Assembly: GCA_028534125.1 (NCBI GenBank)
Contig: CM052818.1
Span: 27,716,001-27,780,000, forward strand
Length of the DNA: 64,000 nt
Source: Lama glama
Taxonomy: Eukaryota
Direction of reading: 5' to 3'
Of the stretch, positions 28,051 through 41,798 are shown in pieces. Below the pieces are notes generated by a model, which did no database searches, was not told the origin of the DNA, and saw only the letters and a program-made list of their open reading frames with translations. The position numbers were made by a program, and so were the translations under genes. Position 1 is the stretch's first letter. Every line of letters begins with the position of its first letter.

Positions 28051-28491
28051 TGCAGGATTCTGAACTCAAAGTAAGTCATGGCATTACATTATCACCTATT
28101 CAATTTCCGCTGAATGAAATTATGCAGTTTGTTTTGAAAATTAGACTACTTTTCGTTTGCATTTTTCAACTTCATATTCACAAACAATATTGAATTTTTG
28201 GGCTCCAGGATAACATAAGTATTTTTAATACTACTGAATACTGTTTATATGTTTTTTAATTGCAATTAGTAGGCAATTTTTGCAGCTCTACATCTTTCGT
28301 CCTTACACCAACATCTTCCCTTTCAAAATCAGTATTTTATGAGAAAGATAGATCAGTAGGCTAAAATATACCTGCTAATAACCAAACAGGAATGATATCT
28401 GACAAACTGATTTCATGATACAACTGGCATTTTAATAAGTAAAATAACTTAGGAATGTGTGCCTAATTTATATTCAAAATATTCCAGTCAG

Positions 28492-28631
28492 TGGGAAAGG
28501 TATAGTTCAATGGTAGAGCTTCATGCTAGGATGCAAGTCCTGGGTTCAATTCCCAGTACCTCTGTCAAAATAAACAAACAAACCTAATTACCACCTCCCC
28601 CCAAAAAACAGACAAAGCAAAAAGACAACAA
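28492..28631 (+). mobile_element. camelid tRNA-Ala-derived SINE (Vic-1-like)
   Basis: A box and B box (ggttcaattccc), 'acctaattacc' body, A-rich tail; 17-bp TSD caaaatattccagtcag (28475-28491) / caaaacattccagtcag (28632-28648). Confidence 0.9.
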
Positions 28632-29428
28632 CAAAACATTCCAGTCAGATGTATGATTTCTTCATGGTAGAACTATGAATATTAAACTATTACAAGTACT
28701 TTTTGCTTTATTCTCATTTAAAATAATGATACTGTATCATTAGCAACACAAGAAATTTTCCAAACTAAAATTTCAAGACACAATTTGGTTATGCCATGAA
28801 AATATGGATTCACCATAGTCCTACAAAGAAGGAAGAATATACTTTTAAACCTTGACCCATATTTGCAAAGTTTCTATGAAAAAAATGAGAAAATCTTACC
28901 AAATGTAATTACAGAATTTTCAGTCTTATTTTTCTCTAAAAAAATATAACATGATGTCCTTCTCCCTTATTGGAATTTCTGCAGTAATTTTAGGGTTTAT
29001 GGTTGACTTGGGCACACAAACAGAGGTGGTGATTATAAATTTAATGTCACATCCCATAATTTCCTTCAGCAAAGTAATGTAAGAAAAAAGCTCGAGAAAC
29101 TTTGCTTTACACCCAAGAGACTTTCTGGTGTATTCAATATCTACGTTCCCAGATGAAAGGGAAGAGGAAGTTAAAAGGAGAGAATGTAACAATTCAATTC
29201 AACTTGGCAGATCTACATATAATTATTGAGCTAAATTCAATTCAAAGCATAGTGCAAGGAATGAAAACGAACAGGTGTGGTTAATGGCCTCAAGGAATCT
29301 CTCCCTTTTCTTTCCTAATGAGACAGATTTTCATTTTGGGACCCTCCTCTCTGTCATAATGTAGCAGCCATATGCTTTGGGACTGACCCTAAGGCCAATT
29401 TCAAGGATCCATCTAAAACAGTCTACAT

Positions 29429-29652
29429 CAAAGATTAGCAAATTGTTTCTGTAAAGCGCCAGAGTGTAAAGATTTTAGGCTTTGGGGAACCACATGGTCT
29501 TTGTCACAGCTACTGGCCTCTGTCCTTGCAGCACCCACAGTGAAGGAGTACACAGATGGGAGTGTCTGTGTTCCTATAAAGCTTTATTTACTAAACAGGC
29601 TGTGAGTCCAGTCTGGGTCTTACACTACAGTTTGTGGCAGTGCCGAGCCCTG
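29429..29652 (-). mobile_element. MER58A hAT-Charlie element
   Basis: 'caaattgtttctgtaaagcgccaga…attttaggctttg…tgttcctataaagctttatttac…tgccgagccctg'; diverged 8-bp flanks gtctacat/gcctaaac. Confidence 0.85.
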
Positions 29653-29962
29653 GCCTAAACGAAACTCCAGGGCTCCTCCTATGGATTCAGACATCAACCA
29701 ATCAATGCATGACATTTCCTTAGTTACAGGGATTCTTGGGAAATGGGGGTCAATCAGCAGGAAACTCAAGATTTCTTTTTTTAGTTATTATGGGATGTCG
29801 TATCTCGTATCTACCACGTGTGAAGGAGAAAATTATGGTTGCTGCCAGTAGCCAATTTACTGCTATGAATGAAGTCAGCTCTGAGGATGGAACCAACAAA
29901 TGGAGGAGAGCAGAGTGAAAAAGATCAAAGAGCCACAGATATTTGGAATTCAAGTTCTTCTT

Positions 29963-30268
29963 GAGTTTTTTTTTTAAACATTTTTTATTGGATTTTTTTT
30001 AATTTTATTTTTTACTGAAGTGTAGTTGATTTACAATGTTTCAGGTGTACAGCAAAGCAATTCAGTTATACATATACATACATATATATATATTTTCAGA
30101 TTCTTTTCCATTATAGTTTATTACAAGAAATTGAATATAGTTCCCTGTGCTACACAGTAGGTCCTTGTTTTGTATTTCTTTTATATATAGTAGTGTATAT
30201 CGTTAACTGTAAAATTTATCCTTCTCCACCTTTCCCCTTTGGTAACCACAGTCTGTTTTCTATGACCT
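29963..30268 (-). mobile_element. 5'-truncated L1 3' end
   Basis: Poly(T) followed by antisense L1 3'UTR; TSD agttcttctt at 29953-29962 and 30269-30278. Confidence 0.9.
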
Positions 30269-31749
30269 AGTTCTTCTTTAACCATGCCGGAAGTCTGCCC
30301 TGCTTCAAGACTTCTCAGTTAAATGTTCTGTTGCCTTAGCCAGTTTGAGTTCTATGTTACTTGTAACTGAAAGATCCAAACCAGTACAGACCCACATGTA
30401 CATGGAGTAAAATAGTATGAGTGCTACAAAAGAACTGCCAGGTACCATAGAGGCTCAGAGTAGAGTCATAACTGGTTCTGAAAAACCTTAAGTGATGGCA
30501 TTTGAGGCAAACTTCTTAGATTGTAATTTTGTAGCAGAGGTGGAAGATAAGAACAAGTATGTAAAGTGTTCATGGGTGGTAAAGAGTGGGCCGAATTTCT
30601 GGACAGTCAAATGTTATGGTTTGATAGAGGCATACGGCTTTCAAGGGAGAAGAATGGTGGACTAGTCTGGAGTCAGTGTGAGGACTCTGAATAAACTCTC
30701 AGGCTGGGAAACTTGAAGGTGAATAGATGGCTTGGTGATAAAACTGGGATTTCTAACAGAAACCAGGTAATGTCTGAGATACTGCCATACACGTGATGAT
30801 ACTGACAGTTAGTTAGGAAAATAAGGTGGATTTAGAGATGTGCCAGCCACAGGGTATCAACCTATGCAGGGCACATGTACATCCCTGGAAAGGTAAAAGG
30901 CATCCACTTTTATCTCCTGTAGTCCCTTTGAGGGAAAATACAAATGCAATTAGTAGGAATATTAATAAAGTTCTTAGAAATGGTGCAGGTGACACTGCCA
31001 GCAACAAGCTTAAAGGTTGACAGATTACCACTAAAATTACTTTGAATAGCTAACTGAAGGGCTTTTTATATTGCAAAATGCAGTATGCAAATTTGAGTCC
31101 AGAGCTGATTTGTTCATATATTGAAAGAAAGCCAGACTACTGCCACCAGCTCTTCTCTGTCCTGTCCTTCCCCAATAGATCCTTTGGCTTCTCCACCAAA
31201 CAATGGCCAGCTCACATTTAAAGTGAATATCCATTTTAAGGAGCACCAAATTATTACCCAGTCCCATGTGACCACAACTATCCAGCCATGTCTGGTGGTG
31301 CTTATTTAAGGAATGCTGATTTTCAGGAGGAAAACCCTCTAGAATCTAGATCCATCAGACAAATCCAGACAAAAAGAAGTCTATCTTTATAATTCAGTCC
31401 CATGTGGTAGGTATTGTGTGCACACTCTGCAGATTCTCGCTATGTCAGGTGATGGGAATTCAAAGTTGAACAAGACGAAGTCCCTGCTCTCAGGAGTTGG
31501 GGTACTTCCCTCTTGCCGACTCCTCACTCCTTACAGCCCTCAGTCTGTTCATTCTCCTCAGCCTCTGCAATCTGTCATTTTATAAATTAGCACCCAGCTG
31601 TGATTTCAAAAAAATACAGTAAGACAAAGCCTGGGGTTAATTCTCCATTTCAGCTGCCTTGATTAGCCACTAATTAAATGTTTTGTTAGAAATTCACCCT
31701 CTAATAAGCAGCTAGATTACATTAGTTATCTGTTTCTTGAATCTTCTAG

Positions 31750-31930
31750 AACACTCATTCTCATCCTTGGCTGTGAATTACAATTACCTGAGGGGATTTA
31801 ATAATACCCAGGCCAACCCCCAACCCCAGAGATTCTGATTTAATTCGTTTGGGGTGAAAATGAGCATGGGTATTGTTTTCAAGCTCCCCCAGGTGAGTCT
31901 AATGTGCAGCCATGGTGCAGAGGGACTTTT
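31750..31930. mobile_element. MER5B-like hAT element
   Basis: 'ccccagagattctgatttaattcgtttggggtg…aagctcccccaggtgagtctaatgtgcagcca'. Confidence 0.8.
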
Positions 31931-33197
31931 CTGGACTTCTTTACTGTCAAGAAGTCCCTTGGAGCTGGCTTGGTTCTCTAGTGCCTTCTAAGAAGGTGAT
32001 TATCATTACATGCCAGGAGTGGTTTAGAATTTAGCCAGTCCTCATGGCTCACAACTCTGCTCAAGATCCTTTGGTTTCTGCACCAGGTTTCTTGAATAGA
32101 GAGTTGCTGGGTGAGCTGGTGTGAGCCCTAAGGGGTACGTGGAAAGACTGAAGGGTTTCCCTGTATTGCTTTCCTCCTGCGTTATTACTTAGAATCCCTC
32201 TCAAGGCCAGAGGCCAAGGAAGAAGGTGAGTGAATCATACCAACAGAAATGAAAACTGCTGAAAACAGGTAATTCACGGAGTGTAGGGGAACGTGGAAGG
32301 ATTAAAAAATAAGAACTTTTGTTGATAGTTGCATTAAGTTTTAAATTTTATGACAACCTCCTTTGGATTCCAGGGGCCATATATTTTGAGGGGTATGACT
32401 CTTCCCCATGTTTTATTTTATTTTTTTAAATAATCACTTAAAAATTAAACCTGCTGCTGAATTTCCTGAAGGTATAAATTCATCCTGCAAAGAAAAGACT
32501 CCTTGCTGGCAGAAAGTCTCTGTTGTTTGGCTTCCTGGTTCCTCTTGTCTCAGAATTGCTTTTTCTGTTCACTTTTCAGGGTTAAACCCTAGGCTTAATT
32601 TGAGCGCCTCCTCATTTCCCCAAGGTCTCTTCCTGCCTTCTCTTCCCTGCCTTATTCTTCACTCACACCATACACGCAATTGGTCATTATGCTAATATTC
32701 TCAGTATCTGATTATAAAAAGATCAAAGTAGTCATTTTATAACCACCTGTGATATCTTGTGAACTAAACTAAACACAATTGGCCCATCATTTTGTTTCAG
32801 TTGGCATTTTTTTTTGTCACTCCTAGCACTCTCCTGGTTGAAAGCAGTCATTTATTGTGCACTGCACTTTAACAGAGCCCTCACAGAATACTCTTATAAA
32901 AATCACAGAATGTGACATTTTGGCACAAATTTGTACGAAAGACTAACAGCTTTGACATCTGAGTTCTTTACGTAGCCTGGTCAAGTGATGTGGTGTATAA
33001 TAAATCGATATTCCTTGTAGTTAAATACTCCTCTGTCATTAGTACTCCCCCAAACACTTTTCAAACATTTGTTTATTTTTTCTATCTATTGCCCTTTATA
33101 TTCACCTAACACAAGAAGATTTTGAATGCTTTTAATATACATATTTGTTATGTATCTTTGCAAAATCTTTGACAAATGTACTTTTAATATATTTCTA

Positions 33198-33708
33198 ACA
33201 TGGAAGGAACCTAAATGTCCATTGACGGACAGATGAATGTATAAAGATGTGGTATATATATACTGCAATATTACTCAGCCATAAGTAAGAATGAAATAAT
33301 GCCATTTACAGCAACATGGATGAACCTAAAGATTATTATATTAAGCGAAGTAATTCAGAGAGAGAAAGACAAATATCATATATCACTTATACATGGAATC
33401 TAAAAATGACACAAATGAAGTTATTTACAAAACAGAATGAAATTCACAGACACAGAAAACAAACTTATGGTTACCAAAGGGGAAAGGGCAGGGAGAGAGA
33501 TGAATTAGGACTTTGGGATTAGCAGATACTAACCACTACATATAAAATGAATAAACAAGTTCCCACTGTATAGTACAGAGAACTATATTCAATATCTTAT
33601 AATAAACTATAATGGAAAATAATCTGAAAAATTATATATATATCTGCATCACTTTGCCGTACACAGAAACTAACGCAACACTGTAAACCAACTATACTTC
33701 AGTAAAAG
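33198..33708 (+). mobile_element. L1 3' end (cetartiodactyl/camelid type)
   Basis: 'acatggaaggaacctaaatgtccattgac…gcaacatggatgaaccta…aaactaacgcaacactgtaaaccaactatacttcagtaaa'. Confidence 0.92.
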
Positions 33709-34901
33709 ATATTCTAAAAATTTTAATAGATTGTTGTTTTCTTACTATACAAAAGTACTCTCTCTCTCTTTTTTTCCCCTGCACTGAGGCTCTTAAAAAG
33801 GAGGGGAGACTAAGTTCTTAACTTGACCTGTGCTAGTTCAACATGTCCATGTTTTCTCAAGAACAAAAAGTGTTTACTGAAAAAGCCATCCTCAAGGGAC
33901 CACATCACCCTTATGCTTATGTTTCTAGGGTCTGGGAATGGCATCATCCTTGTCAAAGCACACAAGCACAATAGGATGAGGATAATTTTGCAGGCAGCAG
34001 AGTGCCCAGACACTGGTGGTCTTGGTGGCAGCAGTCAACCTTTGTATTAGATTATTTACATTAAGTATCTAGAGAAAATTCCTTTCCATGTCTGAAAAAA
34101 GAGCCAGGATTGCAGAGTTGTGCTGTTCCCACAGAACAGCCAAATTTTAAGGGCATGATTTCTGGTGAATGAGATAATCATCTTGAAGACATCCATGTTC
34201 TCTCATTTTTATGTTCTTCTCATTTGTCTTGTTGCTTTTCCCTACACCCAACCAGGTCACATTCTGCTCAGTACTTGCATTGTTTAATTTAATCCTTGAA
34301 CAGATAACCAAAGCACACCCATGGATCTACAGACATATAGGTTCACATAGTAGAACAGCACTGACCTAGGGTCTGGAAATCTGGACTTGATCTTTGTTCT
34401 CCCACTGACTTCCAGTACGACCTTGGCCCCAACAGTTTCCTGCTAAGTTTCAATTTCATCTTTTACAGACATATAAATTACTTACATGTCTCTATGGTCT
34501 CTTCCACTTTCGTGATTCTAGTATTTTTGTTTCAGGTCTCTATGAGTGTGATCTTTCACAGTGGGTGTGTGTGTCAACAGCAGTATCTGAAACTGAGAAA
34601 GTTAAAAATGTTGTGGGTTGATATTTGAACTCTGCCAGGTGCTCTGTTTTTGTCACTTCTGTTTCACATTCTGAATACCCACACTTTCTCAAATTCTGTT
34701 AAAAATGGGAACTTCATTGTAAGCAGAACAATATTTCTTGTAAGAAGTAATCACTTATTAATAACTTGTCTTATGAGTGGTACTATGATTAAATGTTTTT
34801 TGAGAGCTCCTTGCCACATTGGAATTCACTGGGAGTAAGAAATGTGATAAAGAATTTAGTTTGCTGATTGGAGCGAAGGCCAGCATTAAAGGGAAACCCT
34901 A

Positions 34902-35030
34902 GGGGAGGGTATAACTCAAGTGGTAGGGTGCTGCTTAGCATACACACGGTCCTGGGTTCAATCCCCAATACCTCCTCCAAAATTAAATAAACCTAATTAC
35001 CTCCCCCACCAAAAAAAAAAAAAAAAAAGA
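34902..35030 (+). mobile_element. camelid tRNA-Ala-derived SINE (Vic-1-like)
   Basis: ggggagggtataactcaagtggtag…gtcctgggttcaatccccaatacctcc, 'aaacctaattacctcccc', A tail. Confidence 0.92.
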
Positions 35031-35479
35031 GAGAGAGAAAACCTTTATATTTCCAAGTCTTCCAATGCTAGGCTATTCCTTAGGTTACTAGAGGCTTCCA
35101 AAACTTTGAATTTCTAATTTTATAGGAAGCATGAAAGATTGAATGTACTGCACTATTAAATTCTCAAATATTTTGAGCTGAGAGCAAAAGAGCACAAACA
35201 TCTAACAATAGAGACAAACTAAGAAAATTTCTGGGACGTGTTTCTACAACCAAAATGTCTGATAAATTACTAAAATATATGAGTAATGACATTTGCAATG
35301 GCCTAAGTTTTTATAACAATTTCAAAGAGTATGGAATAAATTATTTTGTGCTTTTCATTTACCCCAGAAAATGGGTAAAGAAAGCATTAGTATTGTAAAC
35401 CTAAAACTGCTCTAAAAATAGTCTTTAAAAAATAATAGCAAAAAATTTACTACCCCAGCAGAGGTTTATCAATATATAA

Positions 35480-36790
35480 ACAGTTAAAGAACACAAAGAG
35501 AGACAGACAGACATACAGACTGACAGAGACAAAGAGAGACAGAATCTGCCTACTGAAAGGATCTCAAAACAACGACACCCAATTACTGAGGAGGACATCT
35601 AGTTCCCAAAGTTGGTTTCAAAATTCCACTCCCAATGAAAAAACTGCAATTCATTTGAGAAATGTTTGATGCAGCTGACTTCTGATCTAAGCCTGAAAAA
35701 AATGCAAGGTGAGCCTGAAACTTCTTGCGGCAGGAAGCGAAGAGATGCTCAGACACAATAGGGTCATTTCAAAACAATATGGAAAACAGCTTGGAGGGGC
35801 TCCCAATGGTCACAAGTTGAACAACTGAAGCATCAAAGATTTATGGTAATCACATTGATATAAATATCTGTGAGTTGGTAGTGGTACCTGTGAGATTGTG
35901 TATGTGTGTGGTGGGGTAGGAGGCGTACAACTTCAGGCACTTCTTTTAAAAAATTATCTATTAGTGCATGTAGAAGGAATAGTAGAATTAGAAAATCACT
36001 ACTGGCAACCTTCAATGTAGTAACTGGATTAGGCAACTGTCCTCCATGGATACTAAAACTTTCAGGTAAAATTTGATTAGAGAATAGGATATTCATTCAA
36101 ACTCAATGATTTGCGCCCACAAATTATTTACTGATTGAATTTTATAGGGTAAATGTACTTTTATAGAGAGATCTGGCTGTAAACTTCTTAACCAAGCAAT
36201 GAGACAGTATTACTACTAGTGTGACAATCTGATATGTTGTGCTTCTAATGTGATGTAGTAAGAAGTACCAATAACACTTATGTTATTGTTTCCAGGTGTG
36301 TTTAATCAGAATCCGTTCATGAGAAAGGTATCAGAAAATTCAAAATTCTTCAAAGTAACTTGTACTCATAAAAAAAAGATCAACATCTTGAAAAACAAGC
36401 AAGTATAAAGTGATGTGACTTCTAAAAAAGACGTAACAATTAAATGTAATGGTTCAACATTCATTGAATCTTGTATTTAAAAAATTTAAAAATACATTTT
36501 TGGAATAATTTGGGACATTTTAATTGGGATGGTAGATGGTACCGTCAACTTACATATGTAGGATGATGTTTTTATCTTTAGGAGACACATGATGAAAAAG
36601 TTGCGGGTGAAGTGTCATGATTTCTGTAACTAAGTTTCAAATTATTCAGGAAAGAAGTCAGAGAGAAAGAAAGAGGGACAGAGAGGGAGGTACGGTAAAT
36701 ACAGGTCAAGGGTATTTAGGTGTTCATTGTATTAGTCTTTCAACTTTTCTGTCAGTTTGAAAAACTTCAAGAAATAAATCTGGAAATTAA
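35480..36790 (+). mobile_element. old L1 (L1MC/ME-like) long 3'UTR
   Basis: 'gcaaggtgagcctgaaacttcttgcggcaggaagc', 'gttcattgtattagtctttcaacttttctgtcagtttgaaaa'. Confidence 0.7.
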
Positions 36791-38625
36791 AACACACACA
36801 CAAACACACACAAATATAGCCAGAGACAGATGTAAAGAAGAAGATATTTGATGAGATGTATTGGCCCAAACTGTTGACTGACACACCTGCTAAACTTATC
36901 CAGTTTAGCAGTAGGTGGGTGATTAGAAGCTTTCAATACATTCCCTTGTATGGTGGTGGTGACTGGAAGAGGGTTCCCAGGATGTCCAAGAATTGACTGT
37001 AGTCCAGCCTGGAATTAATACCTTTCTACCCCTTCTTGCTTAACTTCAGTTGGAGTTTATAAAGCTAAAGAAACTTACGCTCTCATTCATTCTAATACTA
37101 GAACCTGAGTAAGGACTAACGCTCCATTTTGAAGAGGGGGGCTTTCTCACCGGCGTCTCTTGGGTAAATAGCACCAGTTTACTTTCCCCATCCTACTTCA
37201 CTGTCCTTTTTAAATTTGGCTCCATAACCCCCATTTCCATTTCCTTCTTTTTCACTTCTTGCTCTAAATCTGCTTCAAGGATTGCAGGAATTTCCTTTAA
37301 AAAAGTCTTTTAAGTTTATTAGACAATAGAATTCTTTAATTATTTTTTTTAGATTTTTACCATTTAGTATTTATATTGGACTCTATCACAGCAGCATCAT
37401 TTGGCTGATTTTTGCTCAAATTCTAGTGGGAGACTGACCAGGCTTAAATTAATCATTTGCTTTTACTCTATTAGAGACATATCAGAAGTAAGTAGAATAC
37501 AAAAGGTGAAATTTGTGTATTCTATGAAGTACTGACATAGCAAACTCCTAGTCCACTTGAATTGTGGAAGATAGCTACCATTCACTAGAAAAGGCTTTAA
37601 AAAAATAAAACATAGATTTATTCTTCTAGACTTTACATTGCCCTAAGTTATGTTGATGGAACAAAACTCTTTCAAGGAGTAATAGACACATACTGTCTTG
37701 TTTCAAGCGACTAGTGGAAGAAAAGGCTAAGTATACAAGTCACTGGGATCTAGAAATCAGCTGTAAGAATTAAGCACTTAAAAGGATAGGAAAAGAATTG
37801 AAAAAATGGAATCTTCCACTTTGGGACTTGAACACAATGTGACTTAGGCTGGAGAAAATATGGAAGCAACTTATCTACCCACACAAAATTTAAATCGACT
37901 TGGAATAAACTTCTATCTCATCATTTTTATTTGTAGGAAAATAAGGAGAACACATTCGTAACAGTAAGAGAAAGAAATGGACAGCAATATCCCGTGCTTT
38001 CTGTTGACTGTACACCCCTTGTGAGCATGCTGCCTAAGGCATTTTCATTATGCAATTTATTTAATGCTTTTTGGGATTTAATTTGACTAGTAATACATTC
38101 AAAATCCATTTAATGTCAGATTATGTTCATCTAAGAGTCTAGTGAGTCCTGGCATATGCTTATAAATACTGAACTCCATCTACTTAGTCAGTTAGTTCCT
38201 AGTTTGATTCTCTGGAAAAGAGAAAAACCTTACTTTCCTACATCCTGAAACAACAAGATAGTGATACAAATGCTTTATTCTCCTTATGTGTAACTATACA
38301 TTGATTATTTTTTGCTGAAAGTTTTGCATGTTATTCTAATCTAATTAAACAACCACGTTTGAAAGCAGCTACAGGAAAGACTATGTGTTGGTTTATGCAA
38401 TACATAGTTTGTGTGTTATGTTGGTTTATATTTTCAGAAACAAACAAGACGTAAGGTGAAACATCAAAGAACTTTCAGTGTTATACAAGACATGAAGTGA
38501 GCATCTTTTACCAGGTTGTGAACCCAAGCTAGGCTGTCTTTACATAATTCTAATTTCTGTAGACTCAGCATTTAGAAGTGACTCAAATAGAATAACACTT
38601 AGAAGGCATTAAATAAATGTTTGTT

Positions 38626-38739
38626 GTGCTCGCTTCAGCAGCACATATACTAAAACTGGAACGATACAGAGAAGATTAGCATGGTCCCTGCACAAGGATG
38701 ACATGCAAATTCGTGAAGTGTTCCATATTAAAAAAAAAA
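38626..38739 (+). pseudogene. RNU6 pseudogene: U6 snRNA retropseudogene
   Basis: Near full-length U6 (gtgctcgcttc…acagagaagattagcatgg…ttccatatt) with 6 substitutions versus canonical U6, 4 of them at CpGs; 10-nt A tail; degenerate TSD aaataaatgtttgtt / aaaaaaagcttgtt; no U6 PSE/TATA seen upstream. Confidence 0.95.
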
Positions 38740-39519
38740 GCTTGTTAAATCAGTAAATATATTTATTATAAATAAATATAATGTATTACTATATAGAACT
38801 ATTAACAAAGTGCTACTGAAAATAACAGAGGAAGAAATATTACACCTGATTGAGGATGAAAGGAAAGGCTTCAATGGCAGAGGTACCATTTGAATTGAAT
38901 CTTGAAAGATGAGTAGGTCTTAAATAGGTAGGGATGCTAAAGCGATGTGGGGACAATAGCCCATGGAGATGCAAGTATGCACAATGGCTGGTTGCAAGTG
39001 GAATCACCCAGAAATGCATCTGGCTGTGTAAGGAATGAGTGGATGAGTCCTCACACAGTATGAGTATGTAATGAATGTTTGTTGAATAATTACATACATG
39101 TATAGAATGATCATGCCATCATGCCAAAATTTAGCTTTTATTTAGATATAAATAATGATCTTCCAAAAGAGTTTTTCTCTATACTGTGTGGTATCATGAA
39201 ATAAGTTTACTAAGATATTTGAGATCAAGTTGGTTTTATGTATCTCTCCAGTGTTATTTCATATGTCTTTGCTTTAGTTTTTAGGGAATGTGTGAGTAGG
39301 TTTTAATTTCCAATTGATGGTTTCCTGAGGGTGCCCAAGTGCCTGTAAGACACACCTCTCTTGATCTGAAAGCTGCCTAGTACATTTAATGTTTCAGGGA
39401 AATATGTTTTGCAGTGTTTCCTAAGAACAGAGTGATCTTTGACTTAGAAATGACAACATGCTGGGGAACAAGATGAAGGCATCCCCAGAACATGGAGTGG
39501 ACCGCTGTATGGTAGCCTG

Positions 39520-39750
39520 GTGTGTTGTAGGAAACAGAGGTTTTTAAAAAGTCAGGCAGTCTTGGCTTCAAGCCTTGATTCTGACTCCCATAAACAATGC
39601 TATTTTGAGACAGTTGCTTAAACACTTGAGCTTCGTTTTCCCCTCCTTTGTAAAATAGTGCAACTGTTCCTGCCTCTCTGGACTGCTGTGAGGATTAAAT
39701 GAGGTAATGTTTACATGAAGCATCTGACCCCTGGTGAGTGCTCAGTACTC
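39520..39750 (+). mobile_element. MIR SINE
   Basis: 'tttgtaaaatag…gctgtgaggattaaatgaggtaatg…gagtgctcagta'. Confidence 0.8.
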
Positions 39751-40387
39751 CCAAGTGGGCAAACTCTGAAGCAATTATGTCATAACGTTTCCCTTAAAAA
39801 AAGAAGAATACAAACACATTGAATTCTTTCCATGTTGCAGTTCTGTCAGTTTATCCTTGTGTACAATATTTATCAGAGATGTTTATAATTTATCTGTCTC
39901 TCCGGGTCTTATTCAAGACTCTGTACCCAGGAGGAACCTAATAAGTACTTCTTAAAAATAATTTCCATCAACACTTCATTCTGAGGTTACATTGATTCCA
40001 AACAACTCGGAACCATATCAATATCACTGACAAGTTTTCATCTGAATTTTGAATTACTGATTTGAATTGATCATGTGTCAACCTTGAAAACTTTATCCTT
40101 AACAGCTTTATTAAGTAAGCAAATGCCAATCATATAGTTTGCTGTTTAAAAAACAAAGCATAAAAACTTCTCCCTTAAATAGGCTTCTATTGTTTCACTG
40201 ATTTTTGCCAATTCCTATTTTAGTGTGTTATTTGAGTTGTAAGCATACGTTCCCCAAATCGGCAAGAAGCAGGTATCTGCAGTACCCCGAGTCTCACTTG
40301 AACTTGGGGCTGACCTACCTATTCTTGGATCACAGTGTTTTTCTTTTCTAATGTGTTTAATTACTTCAATCACTTATTTTAAAGTTG

Positions 40388-40394
40388 CTTCTTC

Positions 40395-40424
<30 letters not shown>
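40388..40424. repeat. (CTT)n microsatellite plus T run
   Basis: Direct inspection; lies immediately upstream of an AG acceptor-like site at 40433-40434. Confidence 0.95.
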
Positions 40425-40427
<3 letters not shown>

Positions 40428-41653
40428 CTCCTAGGGTATCTTTACGGAGCAGGAAACCAGTATTGCCAGAGTTTAGCTAAGCAGAAGCCAGTATATTGGA
40501 AATAGGAGCAACATTACTCTTTATGCAGAACAAAAGGAAGCCTCTAGACTTTTAAGCCCTAAAGTGAAATGACTAGATATATATGCTAAGTAGCTGGTAC
40601 CAAAAGGCAGTGTTCTCCCGAGGGATAAGTGAGTCAAGGACATTTTGTTCCATCTATGGGACAATATGCTGCCTTTCCATTGTAAGATAGGACCCTCATT
40701 TCTTAAAGTTGAATAGAATGCCACTTACAAACAAAAAACAAACATTTTCAGCTGGTTAAATTTGATATGTTGAGTGAAGTTCATTACAATGCCTGTAGCA
40801 CTTTTATTTGATCTCGAATTCGAGAGGTTTTCATATTCTTGAAGCTTTTGTTTCTCACGGCTTTGTTGAGATATTCAAACAAATGTTTAAAACTATATTT
40901 GAGACAGTAGACTTAAATATACTAGTCCTTAAATATTAACTTCAGCTGTGTTTCTAGTTGAACATAACCTTGTGTTTGTTGATATTTAGTCAAAGATTAA
41001 TTATGTAATGAATAGGAATGCAAGTAGAGTCCTATAATTTGTTGTAGCTATTTGGGGATTTAAAGTAGAAAGGAAGATACAGCTGCAAGAAAATTCTCAA
41101 AGCTGCTATCCCAGTATAAGAGGAAATTAATACTGAAAAAACATACAGAAAACCAAGCCTGGGGGAAACTCGTGCAAGGGTAAACGCATACCTTCCCAAG
41201 GTAAGGGGTTAGGGTTATGTTGTCTGAGTTATGTGCTAATTTCCTCACCTATTTATTTGCAACTATTTTTCTGTCACATGTCTTATATTTTTGGAAACCA
41301 TCTTAAATCCAAAATAAGGCAGAGATATAAATTCATAGTTAAAAATCTATTCCTATTGTCTACTAAAGAAAAATAATGAAAAAAGTAGATTAAATTTGTT
41401 CTGTGACAGCTTTTACAACACGAGCATTTTAAAAGCAACTTGGAACCCACAAATAATATCCTCCATTGCCTTTTCCAAGAAAAAGTGTCATATTTACTTT
41501 GACCCTGAATAAAAACCAAGGGCAAAATATTGTCATATTATTGCCATCAATTTCACTACCCTGTACCCCACAAACAGAGCCTGGTGAAATGACTGGATAG
41601 ATGGGTAAAATCGTGAGAATCATGAGGAATGAAAGTTAGCATTTCTATTAGAA

Positions 41654-41798
41654 CAGTGGTTCTCAAAGTGAGGTCCCTATGTTAGCAGCATCGGTATCAC
41701 CTGGGAACATGTGAAAAATGCAAAAATTTCAGTCCTCCCCAGAACTCAGAATCATGGACATTAGATAATTCTGATGCATGTTCTAGTTGAGAACCATC
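41654..41798 (+). mobile_element. MER5A-like hAT element
   Basis: cagtggttctcaaagtg…gcagcatcggtatcacctgggaac…attctgatgcatg…ttgagaacca. Confidence 0.88.

Larger units (their letters stand above)
29270..30390 (+). mobile_element. old MLT1-type LTR interrupted by MER58A and an L1
   Basis: MLT1K/L-like segments at about 29270-29420, 29660-29955 and 30279-30390 ('ccagtttgagtt…gttacttgtaactgaaaga'). Confidence 0.6.

Noticed and set aside
28926..29192. 88-aa minus-strand ORF in unique sequence
   Set aside because: No recognisable family, splice context or promoter support
34902..34976. tRNA-Ala gene (also at 28492 and 51060-51140)
   Set aside because: These are SINE heads with a shared non-tRNA body and tail; two copies have clear TSDs
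38626..38729. Functional U6 snRNA gene
   Set aside because: A tail, TSD-like flanks, CpG decay and no evident upstream promoter
41205..41217. Telomere-like ggggttagggtta
   Set aside because: Only about two units; expected by chance
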